A stretch of 64,000 bases of DNA, from contig OY820579.1 of assembly GCA_963681965.1 (NCBI GenBank), forward strand, positions 3,008,001 through 3,072,000, read 5' to 3'. Below the pieces are notes generated by a model. The model was not told the DNA's origin, made no database searches, and saw nothing but the letters and a program-made list of their open reading frames with translations. Positions within the stretch are counted from its first letter, which is position 1. Every line of letters begins with the position of its first letter. This stretch comes from a bacterium. GTDB taxonomy: Bacteria; Electryoneota; JAOADG01. Positions 1-10,800 of this stretch are shown here, in pieces. The translations under genes were made by a program, and so were the position numbers.

Positions 1-404
1 TCGATCCCGGATACATGCGCAAATCGAGACGCGATCATTCGAGCCGATACTACATCGGTTGGGATTTTTGAGGTAATTCCATATTGCACCAAATAATCGC
101 GATCAAGTCCAATCCGATGGAAGTTAGGATTGGCAAGCGATTTTTTATCGAATGTAAAAATGGGTCGCAGTTCGGTTACGCCAAATTCATTGAGTATTCG
201 ATCGAATTCAGCATTTCCGGTTGGAACTGCAATTTTTCCATTCAACGAGCGATTAACGGATGAAGAAAATTCCGGAGAAAATCGGAGTGAAAGTCTGGTC
301 AGATCGTATTTATCTGGGCTGGCAAAAACCAATCCGGAGATAAGCGAAAAAAACAAAAAAAATGCCCATACAGATGGAATGGGCTTGCATCTACAATTGT
401 TCAT
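1..404 (-). CDS. 5' part of a secreted protein running off the window edge; N-terminus resembles an S8 subtilase pro-region
   Basis: Not in the ORF track. Manual translation from ATG at 404 (GAGGTG SD upstream) gives MNNCRCKPIPSVWAFFLFFSLISGLVFAS...TGNAEFDRILNEFGVTELRPIF...GLDRDYLV..., open to position 1, with a signal-peptide-like start. The S8 assignment is resemblance only. Confidence 0.6.
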   Translation of the reverse strand, partial: MNNCRCKPIPSVWAFFLFFSLISGLVFASPDKYDLTRLSLRFSPEFSSSVNRSLNGKIAVPTGNAEFDRILNEFGVTELRPIFTFDKKSLANPNFHRIGLDRDYLVQYGITSKIPTDVVSARMIASRFAHVSGI

Positions 405-581
405 CAGTCACCTCATCTCAGTAAGTACTACATATTACAATAAATCGTCTGAGTAATCAACTTTTCATAACGATCTCGAAATTTTTTTAACTCAGGGTCG
501 CCTGATTGATAGCATACCAATTAGTAGAGAAAGGCAAATTGGTTACTTTTGTACGCGAATTAGTCAAGTAAAATCAAAGAA

Positions 582-1619
582 TTAGAATCGAACAGGGGTT
601 GCAAATTGCTTCAAAGCATGATGCAAAGTGGACGATGCACGAATTTCTCCGACATGTCGACCAGCCCAATTTTTCAGAGTTCGAGTACCCCATCCGGTTT
701 TCGCGCCCCATTGAGCCGGAAGCAATCCCAGAACTTCCAACAAAATGACCGAAACGGCATCCCGGGCAGTCTGTTCGCCATCCCACATTTTAATTGCGAC
801 ACCAAGACCCAATCCAGTCGCGTTATCGTGCCAACCCATCGCATAATAGCCAGCAGCGCCAGCCTTAGCAATCAGTCCTTTGCAGGCATGCATCAAATCG
901 GTATCGATCCGTTTGTGTGTTCCGGCGATCATTTCCGGTCGTTCAGTCATTGCACGTCGAACAAGGGCAACATCTTTACCGTAACGCTCACCTTGCTCGG
1001 CAAGACGTGCAAATCCAGTTGCCATTCCACGTAAAGTGGGTCCCCAAGTCACAACCGAACAGTGGTCCATACCCATCGCAATATCGCTTAGCGAATCTTC
1101 GCAATAACGCGCAATCCTAGCTTTGATACGCTGTTGAACGGGGTGGCTTGCTAGATAGTAACCTTCTAAATCGTCGCCATATTTTGCTGCAGTGGCAAGC
1201 ATCGCTGCGTGTTTTCCCGAGCAATTATGATGTAAAATATCCGGTGTGCGACCTTCGCGGAGCAATGATCGACGGGTTTCTTCATCGATAGGTGGTTGAA
1301 TTCCACACTGCAGTGCGTCAGGAGTAACATTAATTCGATCCAAAATTCTCGCAACTGCACGTCGATGCATCTCTTCGCCGGAATGCGAAGCACAAGCGAT
1401 GGCAATTTCATCGATAGAGACCTCATCTCCCCAAACTTCAACAAACGGCAATGCTTGGAGCGGTTTCATTGAAGATCGAGTGAAGGGTCGATCATCGCTA
1501 TCGCCAAGGCTAAACAACAGGTCGCCATTGGCATTTGCGATGGCTACTGATCCGTGGTGAAATGTCTCGATATGATCGCCACGTGTCTGTTCGATCAATA
1601 CTGGTGCGGTGGAACTCAC
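582..1619 (-). CDS. L-asparaginase II family (Rhizobium AnsA-type, class 3) asparaginase
   Basis: Motifs RSSMKPLQA, CASHSGE, NCSGKH and AKAGA; GTG start with GAGGAG SD. Confidence 0.9.
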   Translation of the reverse strand: MSSTAPVLIEQTRGDHIETFHHGSVAIANANGDLLFSLGDSDDRPFTRSSMKPLQALPFVEVWGDEVSIDEIAIACASHSGEEMHRRAVARILDRINVTPDALQCGIQPPIDEETRRSLLREGRTPDILHHNCSGKHAAMLATAAKYGDDLEGYYLASHPVQQRIKARIARYCEDSLSDIAMGMDHCSVVTWGPTLRGMATGFARLAEQGERYGKDVALVRRAMTERPEMIAGTHKRIDTDLMHACKGLIAKAGAAGYYAMGWHDNATGLGLGVAIKMWDGEQTARDAVSVILLEVLGLLPAQWGAKTGWGTRTLKNWAGRHVGEIRASSTLHHALKQFATPVRF

Positions 1620-1833
1620 AATTGCTCCTCGTTAATATCTGCAAACACATTTATTTGAAACGAATTTCAAATTGTGTTCCTTCATATCCCCTTTGTGTAA
1701 TGGTAATGTAATAAGATTTTGCTTCAGGTGCTATTGAATTTTGGTCTTTGAAATCGCATTGTTTCACGGTAATTCCGAATTTCGCTATTTCACACGTATA
1801 TTTTTATATGACTGCTAAAAACAAGGAATATCG

Positions 1834-4800
1834 ATGAAATCACCGCATCTGCAATCGTTTCAGCAAGCATTATCACAACGCATTCTAGTGATGGACGGCG
1901 CGACTGGTACCGCGTTGGAGCGTATGCAGCCAACTGCAGCGAATTTTGGAGGAATCGACAAAGAAGGGTGTAACGAGGCACTCAACCTATATTCACCACA
2001 GATCGTCGAAGCCTTACATAAGACTTATATCGAAGCAGGCGCCGATATCCTTGAAACGAACTCGTTTAACGGTTCGACGTTAGTGCTAGGTGAATATGGT
2101 CTAGCCGATCAAATTATCGAGGTGAATCGACTATCGGCAGAATTGGCACGATCGGCTATCGACAAATACGGCACTGATCGTCAGATCTTTGTTGCTGGAG
2201 CTATGGGACCGACGAATCGGGCAATATCGATCACAGGTGGTGTCACATTCGATCAACTAGTTGAATCCTATCGACTTCAAGCTACTGGACTGCTTTTGGG
2301 CGGAGCGGATTATTTACTTCTAGAAACACAACAAGATAGCGTTAATCTGAAAGCGGCTTGGATTGGACTAACCAAGGCACTTAAGGAAAATGGCAAAACC
2401 GATGTACCCATCGCGATTTCGGTAACGATCGAATCGACTGGAACAATGCTCGGTGGTCAAACGATCGACGCATTGTATTATACCGTCGCATCACTGAACC
2501 CGGTTTATATCGGGATGAACTGTGCCACTGGTCCGGATAAAATGACCGATCATATTCGGTCTTTGTCGCAAATCTGTCACCGACCGGTTGCCTGCGTTCC
2601 CAATGCTGGTCTACCCAATACCGAAGGGAAATACAGCGAAGGACCGGAGCAGTTCCACCACATTTTCGATCGATTCCTTCGCGAAGGTTATCTAAATGTA
2701 ATCGGCGGCTGCTGTGGAACATCGGCGGAACATATCAAAGTGCTTCGGAAATTAGCCGACGAATACTCTCCGCGTATTCCGATTTTGAAAGCAAATCGCC
2801 GTACTCTCGCAGGTTCGGAACCGCTGGTCATCGACAATTTCATCCGACCGGTATTCGTTGGCGAGCGCACCAACGTGATTGGCTCCCGAAAATTCAAACG
2901 ACTTGTTGCCGAAGAGAAATTCGATTTAGCCGCTGAAGTTGGTAAAGAGCAAGTACACCGCGGTGCTCACTTAGTCGATCTCTGTACCGCCAATCCTGAT
3001 CGGGAAGAGTTGCACGATTTTCTGGCTGTACTCACTCCCCTCCTGCGAAAAGTTCGGGTTCCCATCATGATCGATTCAACCGATCCGGAAGTCGTTCATG
3101 CTGCCTTAAAATCGATTGGCGGAAAAGCGATCATCAATTCAATCAACTTTGAAGATGGCGACAAACGACTGGAGCAGATCTGTCCGGTGGCTAAAGAATT
3201 CGGTGCCTCGCTTGTCGTTGGTCTAATCGATGAAGACAAGCAATCCGGAATGGCTGTTACGCTTGAGCGGAAATTACAGATTGCCGAACGTGGATATAAT
3301 ACGTTGGTCGAAAAATGGGGTTTCGATCCCGGTGAAATTGTTTTCGACCCACTCACATTTCCCTGTGGAACCGGCGATCCGAATTACCGCGGTGCCGCAG
3401 CCGCTACTATTGCCGGTGTTGCCGAAATCAAGAAGCGCTGGCCGGAATGCATGACACTACTAGGAATATCCAATGTCAGTTTCGGGTTGCCTGATACCGG
3501 TAGGGAAGTGCTGAATTCAGTATTTCTTTACGAAGCGGTACAAGCCGGTCTTGACATGGCGATTGTGAATACTGCCGGACTGCACCGGTATGCCACAATT
3601 CCCGCTGAAGAGATCGATTTATGTGAAGACCTCCTATTCGAACGCCGTGCCGATGCTGTGAATCGCTTTGCCGCGCATTTCCGCGAAGCCAAAAAACAGC
3701 AACATGTTGACGAATGGGCACATCTGAGCAACGATCAGAAAATCACCGCCTGCATTGTCAATGGCGTTAAAGCGGGTCTCACCGACTATTTGGATATCGC
3801 ACTCAAAGACCGGCAACCATTAGAAATAATCAATGGTCCGTTGATGGATGGGATGAAAGAAGTTGGACGGCTCTTTGCGGATAACAAACTGATCGTCGCT
3901 GAAGTACTGGAATCGGCTGAAGCGATGAAAGCCGGTGTCGATCATTTAAAGCAATTCTTTGCACCCGGTTCAAAAACATCCACACGCGGAAAGATGTTGC
4001 TTGCCACGGTGAAAGGGGATGTACACGATATTGGGAAAAATCTGGTCGATATGATCTTCTCGAATAACGGGTATGAAGTGATCAATCTTGGCATCAAGAT
4101 CCCCCCGGAAACTTTGATTGCAGCGGTCTTGGAACATAATCCCGATTTCATCGGTCTCTCCGGTCTGCTCGTCCGCAGCGCGCAGCAGATGGTCATTACA
4201 GCGCAGGATTTTGCCGCTGCGGGTATCGATATCCCGCTCATGGTCGGTGGTGCGGCATTGACGCGAAAGTTTACCATGACGAAGATCGCACCGGAACATC
4301 TCGGACCGACATTTTATGCGCAAGAAGCGATGCAGGGACTGCAGTTAGCGAATCGACTCACCGATGATGACGAACGACCGAAGTTGGTTGACGAGTGGAA
4401 AGCAATCCAGCAACAACTGTTTGCATCATCTTCCGAAGAAATCGAGGAACTCCCCCCCGCTCCTTCAGGTTCGCGTTGGCACCCGATCGAGATTTTACGA
4501 GCACCCGATTTTGTTGAACATCATTTGCGCGAAGTACAGTTAGATGAAGTGCTTCCTCTGATTAATCCAATGATGCTCTATGGCAAGCATCTCGGTCTCA
4601 AAAATACCATGGCACGGCTGCATAAACCGACTGACAAACAGGCATGGGAGCTGCAGCAACAAGTCGAAAAAGTAATCGATCGCGCAGTGCATCTTGGTGT
4701 ATTGCGACCGCAAGCAATCTATCGGTACTTCAAAGCGGCAGCGATGAATGAGACGATAATAGTTGCCGATGGATCCGGTAATGAACTCACCCGCATTGAA

Positions 4801-5283
4801 TTCCCGCGCGAGCGTGTCGAACCATTTCGCTGCGCGGCGGATTGGATTCGACCGATCGAGCTAGGTGGCAATGATTCAATTGCGATGTTTGTCGTCAATG
4901 CCGGTCTGGAAGTTGGCAGATTGGCGAAAGAGTGGATGGAGGCGGGCGAATTATTGAATAGCCATATCCTCGCATCGGTCGCAATCGAGACTGCTGAGGC
5001 GACTGCCGAGTGGATACACAAAAAGATTCGTGCCGATTGGGGTGCTCCCGATCCAGCAACAATGGCATTCGGAGATTACATTAAGTGCCGTTACCGAGGT
5101 TTGCGAATTTCCTTCGGTTATCCGGCATGTCCACGAATCGAGGATCAGGCGATTCTGTTTGATCTATTGAAGCCGGAAAACAGTATCGGCGTGAAACTCA
5201 CTGACGGATTCATGATGGAACCGGAAGCGAGTGTCAGTGCACTGGTGTTCCATCACCCGGACGCTAAATATTTCTCGGCATAA
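1834..5283 (+). CDS. metH: Cobalamin-dependent methionine synthase
   Basis: DGATGT, GGCCGT (Zn/Hcy domain), GERTNVIGS pterin domain, DVHDIGKN B12-binding motif, SFGYPACP and MEPEASVS reactivation domain. Confidence 0.97.
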   Translation: MKSPHLQSFQQALSQRILVMDGATGTALERMQPTAANFGGIDKEGCNEALNLYSPQIVEALHKTYIEAGADILETNSFNGSTLVLGEYGLADQIIEVNRLSAELARSAIDKYGTDRQIFVAGAMGPTNRAISITGGVTFDQLVESYRLQATGLLLGGADYLLLETQQDSVNLKAAWIGLTKALKENGKTDVPIAISVTIESTGTMLGGQTIDALYYTVASLNPVYIGMNCATGPDKMTDHIRSLSQICHRPVACVPNAGLPNTEGKYSEGPEQFHHIFDRFLREGYLNVIGGCCGTSAEHIKVLRKLADEYSPRIPILKANRRTLAGSEPLVIDNFIRPVFVGERTNVIGSRKFKRLVAEEKFDLAAEVGKEQVHRGAHLVDLCTANPDREELHDFLAVLTPLLRKVRVPIMIDSTDPEVVHAALKSIGGKAIINSINFEDGDKRLEQICPVAKEFGASLVVGLIDEDKQSGMAVTLERKLQIAERGYNTLVEKWGFDPGEIVFDPLTFPCGTGDPNYRGAAAATIAGVAEIKKRWPECMTLLGISNVSFGLPDTGREVLNSVFLYEAVQAGLDMAIVNTAGLHRYATIPAEEIDLCEDLLFERRADAVNRFAAHFREAKKQQHVDEWAHLSNDQKITACIVNGVKAGLTDYLDIALKDRQPLEIINGPLMDGMKEVGRLFADNKLIVAEVLESAEAMKAGVDHLKQFFAPGSKTSTRGKMLLATVKGDVHDIGKNLVDMIFSNNGYEVINLGIKIPPETLIAAVLEHNPDFIGLSGLLVRSAQQMVITAQDFAAAGIDIPLMVGGAALTRKFTMTKIAPEHLGPTFYAQEAMQGLQLANRLTDDDERPKLVDEWKAIQQQLFASSSEEIEELPPAPSGSRWHPIEILRAPDFVEHHLREVQLDEVLPLINPMMLYGKHLGLKNTMARLHKPTDKQAWELQQQVEKVIDRAVHLGVLRPQAIYRYFKAAAMNETIIVADGSGNELTRIEFPRERVEPFRCAADWIRPIELGGNDSIAMFVVNAGLEVGRLAKEWMEAGELLNSHILASVAIETAEATAEWIHKKIRADWGAPDPATMAFGDYIKCRYRGLRISFGYPACPRIEDQAILFDLLKPENSIGVKLTDGFMMEPEASVSALVFHHPDAKYFSA

Positions 5284-5289
5284 GTCAAA

Positions 5290-5319
5290 CGGGCGTTCCA
5301 ACGAACGCCCGCTTTTTTT
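5290..5319 (+). terminator. Intrinsic terminator after metH
   Basis: CGGGCGTTC-CAAC-GAACGCCCG followed by a T-run. Confidence 0.75.
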
Positions 5320-5355
5320 AACCAAGCACTAAGCACCAATTCCCAAGCACCGCAA

Positions 5356-7791
5356 TCACATCCCCGGATGACCGCGCGGCGCATTCTTGCCGGGTCCACC
5401 ATCCATGAATGTCTTGAAGTTGTAATATAGAAGATTCTGTAGCTCAAAATTGGTGAAGCCTGCAGTGCGTAATGATTCGAGCTTATATTTATTTATGCCT
5501 GCAAGACCAATATTATCAAACGTATTGTGCTTGAGAAGTGATCGTAATGCTATATAAGAATACTCTGCTTCCTCTTCACGCATATTTATATTCACAGATC
5601 CGTTCGCTGATCCTTCAGTGAGCACAAATGAACCAAGTTTCTTTAATGAAGCTAGCAGTGACGAGTCCAATTGCTCAGTATGTAGATGAAAAATAGCTTT
5701 TTCTTTTAAAATTCCCGCAATCCTAAGAATCCCTTTCTGTCGCTCAGCAAAGTATTTCGACAGTTCTTTTGGATTACTAACCATCGGTTTGTCAGAATCG
5801 ATAATGAAACGAATGTTTGTTTCTTTCAGATCTTGATCAACTAATCTTCGTAAGGTGTCATCAGATGGGTAATTATCAGGTAGATCTATGAAAGTTACCC
5901 CTTCACGATTAAGTGTTTTCCAGCCAAATCTAAGCATACTGTTTGCTATAGTAATGGGTACACTAAACATTAGACCCCGATACGGATCTATTTTTGGAAA
6001 GTCTTTGCTGATGGAATCAGCAAGGATAGGATAATATAATTGTTGGAATCGTTTCCTTTCAGAAGCTAGCCTATCCAATATTATTCCTAATTGATTATCG
6101 CGATCGTCGTTCATAGCCAAAGGCTGTATTTTAACTGGATAGAAAGGTCTAATCCCCCTGTATAAAAAAGGTTGTATGACATTTTGTATTGAATAATTTT
6201 CAATTCCACATGTCTTAAAAAGAAAGTGATCATTTATTCGTTCTGCATCATTATTAAATCTTTCAAACCACGATGGTTTCTCATCAATTTTCACTGCATT
6301 CTCAATAAATCGGTACGCCAAATCTCCCACCTTACCCAGCGAACTCGCTTTCACATTTCCCAGCGTATCGTACGGAGTATGATAAGTATCGTACACACCA
6401 CCGATTGTACCGATGATGAATGAGGGAATCCCTGCCTCATCAAACGGAACATGGTCGCTGCCCGGGTACAATCGCCAGTACTGCAATCCCTTCCGAATAC
6501 TTTCCGGCAGCGAATCGACAATCGCTTGACCCATCTGCGGAAATTCAGCCAAACCACCGACACCAAGCGTATCGCCACCGGTACCGACCACATCCATACT
6601 GAGCGAAGCTTTCACATGATAGCCCGATTGCGATAAAGTTTTGACGAAATACGAAGATCCTAGCAAGCCCTCTTCTTCGGCTGTGTATCCGATAAATAGA
6701 ATCGATTGATTGTATTTCTTTCCCGATTTCGCGAACTGCTCCGCTAATTCCATCACAGTCGCTGCACCCGAAGCATTATCATTTCCACCATGATATATAT
6801 TACCTGCCGGATCCATACCGTGATGATCGAAGTGCGCTCCGACAACCACAATATCATTGCGGTGTGCCGGATCGGAAGCCGGCAACAATCCTGCTACATT
6901 CGCCAGTGGTCGCTTCGGATAAAACTTGCCACTTACCCGAACATCACCGATCGCTGTTAGCGCCACTGCGGCTGACTTCTTCAACTTCTTCGCTTCGTCA
7001 CGAAGTTGATCGGAAGTCTTACCACACGATTTCATTAGGATCGAATCGCCAAACGATTTCGCAATATTCAGTACTGGAAAGTCGGGTTGTGCGAGGGTAT
7101 CGAAGATTGCTGGCAATCGCGGTGGGTCGTTGTCGAACTGCAGGAAAGCCACTGCGCCGTATTTCTTGGCGGCAATCGCTTTCATCCCGGCAACTCCTTC
7201 CATATTCCACCGTACACCGGTAAAATCGGGAGTGCCGCGCATCGCCAGCACAATCGCCCCTTTCACATCGACCGAGTCATAATCGTTCCACCCTTTATCC
7301 GGAGCGTAGACACCGTAGCCAACGAAAACAATTTTCCCGGTCCCATGTCCGATTCCCGACCCTTTGTAAATATTCATCTGCTTCCAAAACGTCGCGGAAT
7401 CGCTCTTTCCATTTGGATACTTCACCACCAGATAACTCGGCATGGTGCAGTCGCCAGCCGGATAAGTGAATGGTTGTCGATACCCGGTTTTACCGAACGG
7501 TGGTTCCAAACCGATCCGCTTGAAGTGATCTTCGAGATATTTTTCCGCTCGATTTCCACCGAGAAATCCGGGATACCGACCTTGCAATGAATCCGAAGTC
7601 AGGACAGCTACATGGTGCATCGCTCGACCGGTGTCGAATGGCATTGGCGTGAGTTGTGTCTCATTCGCATCGGTTCGTGCATGTTGCCCCATCACTCCTG
7701 CCGGCTGTGCCAATGCAAAGATCACTACACCTAGCAGTGCAGACAATGCGATTAGAACTGATTGTTGCGCTTTCATATTCGTCCCGTTCAA
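5356..7791 (-). CDS. Secreted M28 family metallopeptidase with PA domain and a divergent C-terminal extension
   Basis: Signal peptide; LQGRYPG, GAHFDH, GGNDNASG, AEEEGLLGS, SDHVPF, YHTPYD; PA-domain VFVGYG...DYDSVDVKG. Confidence 0.9.
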   Translation of the reverse strand: MNGTNMKAQQSVLIALSALLGVVIFALAQPAGVMGQHARTDANETQLTPMPFDTGRAMHHVAVLTSDSLQGRYPGFLGGNRAEKYLEDHFKRIGLEPPFGKTGYRQPFTYPAGDCTMPSYLVVKYPNGKSDSATFWKQMNIYKGSGIGHGTGKIVFVGYGVYAPDKGWNDYDSVDVKGAIVLAMRGTPDFTGVRWNMEGVAGMKAIAAKKYGAVAFLQFDNDPPRLPAIFDTLAQPDFPVLNIAKSFGDSILMKSCGKTSDQLRDEAKKLKKSAAVALTAIGDVRVSGKFYPKRPLANVAGLLPASDPAHRNDIVVVGAHFDHHGMDPAGNIYHGGNDNASGAATVMELAEQFAKSGKKYNQSILFIGYTAEEEGLLGSSYFVKTLSQSGYHVKASLSMDVVGTGGDTLGVGGLAEFPQMGQAIVDSLPESIRKGLQYWRLYPGSDHVPFDEAGIPSFIIGTIGGVYDTYHTPYDTLGNVKASSLGKVGDLAYRFIENAVKIDEKPSWFERFNNDAERINDHFLFKTCGIENYSIQNVIQPFLYRGIRPFYPVKIQPLAMNDDRDNQLGIILDRLASERKRFQQLYYPILADSISKDFPKIDPYRGLMFSVPITIANSMLRFGWKTLNREGVTFIDLPDNYPSDDTLRRLVDQDLKETNIRFIIDSDKPMVSNPKELSKYFAERQKGILRIAGILKEKAIFHLHTEQLDSSLLASLKKLGSFVLTEGSANGSVNINMREEEAEYSYIALRSLLKHNTFDNIGLAGINKYKLESLRTAGFTNFELQNLLYYNFKTFMDGGPGKNAPRGHPGM

Positions 7792-7816
7792 ATCAATTTT
7801 TCAGAGTATCTACAAA

Positions 7817-10800
7817 TCAATGTTGCTTGATTTCACCCATCGGTCCCGGTCGATGGTCGGTATCGTAGACTGCTTGATTCATCAAATCGATGGCTTTGTC
7901 AAGTTGTGGATCGCGACCTGCAATGCGATCGGCTGGCGTCATCGGCACAGGATAATCGGGAACACAGCCGTGATGCTCTTCTTCCAGTTTCGTCCCATAC
8001 ACCCACCACCCTCGACCCGGTTGGCGGATATTGCCACCATTGATCGTTTGCCAACCACCGGTCGAAATGACGCCTCCCGCAGTTTCCCAACCGACAACGG
8101 GACCGCGTTTGATTGTCTGAATCGCATGGCTGAAGATCTCGGCATTGGAAAACGATCCTTCGTTACATAATACGGCAATCGGTTTATTCCACCGATACAT
8201 CGGTAATCGGTCCTGCGGAAATCCAATTCCACCACCCCGGCTAATCGTATAGGCATGCTGGGGTTGGGTCAATGTGGTTAATAACAGATCGCAAGTGTGA
8301 CCACCACCGTTATTGCGAACGTCAATAATCAAGGCGTCGCGTCCGTCGGCGGCAGCGTACAAATCGCGTTGGAACAGCTCCATGCTGTGTTCGTCCATCC
8401 CTTGGATATGGATATATGCCACCCGATTCTTAGACTTTTGAGTGACGGTTTCGCGATTTTTCTTCTCCATCTCCTGATATACCAATTGTCTGATCGCAAA
8501 CCAATTTGCCGGAATAACCGAGATTTCCTGTTCTTTGCCCTCTCGGATAATCGTCAAGAGCACCGGTTCACCGGTTTTCCCTTCCAACGGTTTATTCAAA
8601 TTCACTTCGGAAGAGACAGGTTCGCCATTGATCGCGGTTAGAATATCGCCAGGAAGGATTCGCGCTTGCGCTTTATCGCAAGGACCATTGCGAAGCACCG
8701 ATGCAACTTTCAATCCATTTGCCTTATATTTTCGATCGAATGTTAGACCCAGCTCCCCCGCGGTTTGGGTTTTATCGTCATTGCGTGGTTGCGAATAACC
8801 GGTATGACTTGAATTCAATTCACCAAGTAGTAGTTCGACTACATCTTCGAAATCGATATCCGATTTCACATTCATCGCATAGGTTCGATACTTATTGCGC
8901 AATGCTTGCCAGTTGGCACCATGCATCGTCGAATCGTAGTAAGTACTCCCTAATCGGCGCCAGCATTCATCGAGGATCTGAAGCCATTCCCCTGCTTGAT
9001 CGATCCTAAGAGTTGCACGGAAATTAGTATTCTCACTTTTACCTCCATCACTCCCAATGGAAGCCGGAGTGCCATTGCGAAGGAAATAGAAAGTCTTGCC
9101 ATCGGCATCTAGTGTGATACTACCGGGATTAGCACCACCATCAGTGACCGCTTTCAGATCTTCACCAAATCGATTCACCGAATATAAATCACGCTTCTTT
9201 TTCAAATCGGCAGTGAAGTAGAATCGATCTCCTTTCGGATGAATCGCAACGATATTTTCACCACCATTCATATCGGTAATGCGTCTGGCTCGCAAGTAAA
9301 TATCTTCAAAATCGATGACAACACTATCTGCAACTACTCCTTTCGCTTCCGATTTCTTCTCTTTCTTTCCTTTATGATCGGAATCCTTCTTGCTGTCATC
9401 GGATTTATTCTTGTCGCGGGTCTTTTCCCACTCTTTCCATTCTTCATCGGTGCGATCGTTATCGGATTTTCGCAGATAGACAAAATAGACATCCATCTGT
9501 TTGTGATGACGGAGAGATTGCCACGATAGAATGCGACCATCCGCTGACCAAACCGGATTCTCGTCATTGTCCGGGTGCATACTGATGTTTACTGGTGCGA
9601 TACTTCCGTCAACTGGAACGACCCAGATATCACTGTTGAAATCGTAATCTTCAGTTGCATAGGCAATCCATTTGCTATCCGGTGACCAACTGAATTGCGT
9701 TTCCGACCAGGTATTCACTAGGATGTGATCATCCGATCCATCGCTATTCATCATCCGCAATTGTCCTTTACCGTGGATATACGCAATACGATCCCCTTTC
9801 GGCGACCATTTTCCATCATGGCAATCGGCGCTATCTTTGGTCAAGCGGAGTAGATTGAAATGACGTGCTTTCCGGAGTGATACTTTTCCAGTGTCATCGG
9901 GAACGAGTAATGTCAGTGCCTGATAGCCCCATCGATCGGTGGTGAACAAAACGGTGTCGGTGGTTCCCGGCTTAAATGCAGGATTGCAATCGCGCGCGAC
10001 TGATGGCACCGGCACAACGGCTCTGCCACCCAATTCCCGATTGACCAATACAATTTCACCGTGAATCGTCATGGCATAATCAGAACCATCGCTGCTGACC
10101 GCCAATTCTTCAGCATTTGAACTAAACGTGACTTGATTGATCGGACTTTCGATTTCATCATCGGCGATATCGATCTTTAGTTGCTGGAGTTTACCTGGAT
10201 TCGCAAGATCCAGTAAGTAGAGTGAACTATCTGCCTCAATGATTATCCTATGAGTGGTTTGAGACAGTCTCGCGTAACGCGGACCGTCATCCTTAAACGA
10301 AGTGATTTGGATTTTGTTGGTGCCGTCGGAATTCATCCGCCAGATATTGAAACTTCCACTCGAATCACTGATGAAATAGACTAGATTGTCCCTCAAGCTC
10401 CACAGCGGATTGAAATCGTATCCCCGATGAGTCGTCAGTTGGACAGGATCTTTCCCCGTTTCATACCGGTAGATATCCGACTGATCGCTGCCGCGATACC
10501 CTTTCCGTCCGAATAACGTGTGTCCAATCGTCAGTAAATAGGTACTCTCTGAACCGACAGCAACCTCTTCGGCAAAACAATCCACTAATCTAGATGGAGT
10601 ACTTCCAGAAGTTTGAACTTGAAAGATCTGTGGCGACATTGGATAATCGAATTGTCCGCGTGCCGAGTAAAGAATCGATTTTCCATCTCTCGACCAATCT
10701 TGCACGAGTTCGGTCGTTTGTCCATAAGAGAGGCGAATTGGAGTGCCACCATTCGCGGGAATTGCGAAAATATCATGAGTTCCGCTGCGATCGGATGAAA

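Noticed and set aside
130-456. 108-aa plus-strand ORF
   Set aside because: It is antisense to a better minus-strand ORF (1-404) that has an SD and signal peptide
1690-1833. SAM or cobalamin riboswitch upstream of metH
   Set aside because: The region is short and AT-rich, with no recognisable aptamer motifs
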